In this document: in pieces, positions 38,306 to 40,787 of the stretch | Layout of the letters: the number at the start of each line of letters is the position of its first letter | How positions within the stretch are numbered: the stretch's first letter is position 1 | From: Batkoa obscura | Taxonomy: Eukaryota | Direction: 5' to 3' | Length of the DNA stretch: 40,787 bases | Assembly: GCA_030770535.1 (NCBI GenBank) | Contig: JASVEC010000149.1 | Coordinates: forward strand, 1-40,787 | Program-made: the position numbers and the translations under genes | Notes under the pieces: model-generated | Database searches by the model: none | The model's input: only the letters and a program-made list of their open reading frames with translations | What the model was told of the DNA's origin: nothing

Positions 38306-39697
38306 ATATTTTATCAGTCATATTATAAATCTATTATTTTCAATCTTTTTTCAATCCTATTTCCTAAGCAAACAGCTTTATTGATTAAAATAATAAAATG
38401 TATAAAGATAGGCATCTTTAACTTAAAAAGCTTTAAACTTTCAATTTTTTATATGACATAATTTAAAAGTTACTTGTTTTTTAGATATTTAGTCCAAAGC
38501 ACTCCCTTAAGGGGCCAAAAAAATTATAGACCAAGACGACTTTTGTTAAGTAAAAATCAAAAACTTATGTTAAATGATAATTAGAGGAAAAATCAAAAAG
38601 CAGTTAATTTCCATCGTTAGAAAACATTTTGCAAGCAACTTCATTCCTTCTGAACAAGTGGTTCTCTTAGGGAATAGAGAATTATATATTAGTCAAGATT
38701 TTTTTAGCTAAAATGGTTCTAAGAAGAAAAGGTCTAGTGGATTTTATAAACTGATTTATAGTGATGAAAAGCTAAGGTTTTAGTGTCCTGTATATCCAAG
38801 ATTGTACTAAACCCTACCAAAGACAATATAATAAATTCCAGATGTTAAACTAGGAAACTGATTTTTTTTGTCGAATCTTAGTCTAACTTGAACTAATGGT
38901 ATCTACTTTTTGTTATCTTTTCTTTTATTCACTTAGCTTTTCTTGTTTTAAATGAAGCAAACTTTGTATTCGAATAGGTAACCAAAAAAGGTAAATCATT
39001 AAGTGGATAATTAGGAGTTTAATCATACACACAAATGATAAACATTTATAAAAAATTAATTCTAAACAGCACTTGAATCATTTGGATTTGTTAAAACTAT
39101 ATTATAAGTAAACAAAAGGATTCAAAGCTTACGATAACCTCAAGGCTTTGTACTATCACGGGTAAATTATATTCATAAAAACATTAGTGTTTCTCAAGTT
39201 CCTATTGGTTTTTTGAATAGTAGTTTTATAAAGGTGGAGAATTACAGCAACGAGATGCTTACTATGTTATCTTCCTGATATTTTCCAGGTTAGTCACTTT
39301 TTAAACTTTGGTTTTTGTTTTATTGAAATAAATCCCTGCTTCATTTATTTTTGAACTTAGTACGTTTAGAAAAATGACATTTGATAAAAATATTATTGTT
39401 ATAAGCAACAGCATTATTATTATTCTAACATAAACTTATAAGTCTTATGGGAAATTCTAGTATATATGTATAGTTTTGAGATGGAAATTGCCTTTTTTGC
39501 GATAAATTACTACTCTTTGGACTATTAACTTTTTGTACCTACATTGCTTAGATAAAATTTTCTTCATCTGTACTATATATTAAAAGACTATCCTTTAAAT
39601 ACGTCCAAATAATCAAAGGAAAAGGTCGATATAAAACAAATTACTTTATATAATGGAGCTTTTTTATTCAATTTTAAGGATCAATCTATCAAGATAT

Positions 39698-39793
39698 GGG
39701 GATGTATTTTTTCGTTTAAGAATTTTGCTAATAATCTTTCCACTCAAATAGTGCTTAAAAATGGAAAAAGTAATAAAGACAAAAAACATCTTC
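39698..39793. mobile_element. MITE, ATAT TSD
   Basis: Consensus with ATAT flanks. Confidence 0.8.
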
Positions 39794-40419
39794 ATATTTA
39801 AATATAACTATTATAATTTTTTATGACTTTTTTAGTGCTAATTTTTATGAGCGAATTATAACCACTTTTAAGCCCTAGTTCATCATATTCCAATCAAACT
39901 TTTAAGATAAAATTTGTTTCTAAATAAGTAGTTAATTAGGTCGTAAAAGAGCTACAACAATTGTACCTTCTTTAATTTTACAGGCTGGTAGTTTTATGAA
40001 GCTATTAATTTATAAATCAATTTCCAGTATAAACTAATATTTTAAAGTTTCCAGTGGTAGTACATAAGTATAAAAACACTATGACTATGAAGTTTGTTTC
40101 GAAAATTTGCCTGTATATAATTTACAAAATTTTAAATAAACGATTGGACTTATTACAATATAATGTTTGGTTATAAAGCCTATACCGAAAAAGTTGTATA
40201 TTATTTGCTACTTAAATTATGATCAATAATGATTTTATATTTAAAAGGGGATTTTAATAATGGCTACACTATACAATTAACCTAATAAGCCATTAAAAAG
40301 ACTGAAAGTACACCAACTCGCCTTCTAACCTTGGATACTACTTTTTTATAGTAATAGACCATCTGGGTGGAACTATATCTGAAATTACACTATTTTCACT
40401 TATGATTTACACACTTTTA

Positions 40420-40554
40420 TAAACACAAAAATACATCCCTTAATATTAGGTTTAATTACAAAATGTCCACTTTTTAAGAATTTTACCAACAAATTTTCCG
40501 CTTAAATGGCGCTTAGAAAATGGAAAAAATAATGAAGTCAAAAAAAACACTCTC
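40420..40554. mobile_element. MITE fragments (terminal piece 40420-40440; truncated copy 40470-40554)
   Basis: Partial consensus matches. Confidence 0.7.
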
Positions 40555-40787
40555 AAATATTGAGTTTGAATTTCTGAAGTGCTGCTGGTTTTTAAAATTA
40601 ACTAATACTTTATTGTGGTTTTTGTTAAGCCAATAATGACAAATTTCGTTATAATAAAGCCTTTTTGTTTTCATATCATCATATATATAGATTATTGTTA
40701 TATTTATTTTTCATACAATTTTTAATTTGAAACAAAATAATTACTATGAGTTAAAATATCACTTTGAGGCATGAATTTTGTGGAAAA

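Overview
Very AT-rich eukaryotic DNA, probably from an early-diverging fungus (inferred from 48-59 nt GT-AG introns and gene content). It has two parts. (1) A gene-dense block, 1-8.1 kb: spliced SNW1/Prp45 (8 exons, minus strand), an orphan ORF, an F-box/LRR gene, a dual-specificity (MAPK-type) phosphatase and a sterol desaturase/fatty-acid hydroxylase-family gene. (2) A ~32 kb transposon-dense block whose only evident host gene is a small homeobox gene. The second block is dominated by one cut-and-paste system. Its autonomous member is a ~2.46 kb Sola-like DDD transposon (GGGG...CCCC ends, AWWT targets, reconstructable ~566 aa transposase), present as two full-length disabled copies, one near-full inverted copy and many nested or deleted copies. 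Its partner is a 98 bp MITE with about 30 copies or fragments and the same ends and target. Notable details: the MITE sits in opposite orientations at the same transposase site in different copies; it carries a complete GT...TACTAAC...YAG intron-like cassette of host intron size; two transposon copies form a ~5 kb palindrome; and there are signs of inversions and adjacent deletions. Also present: three solo LTRs, a decayed LINE and a decayed Harbinger/ISL2EU-like element.
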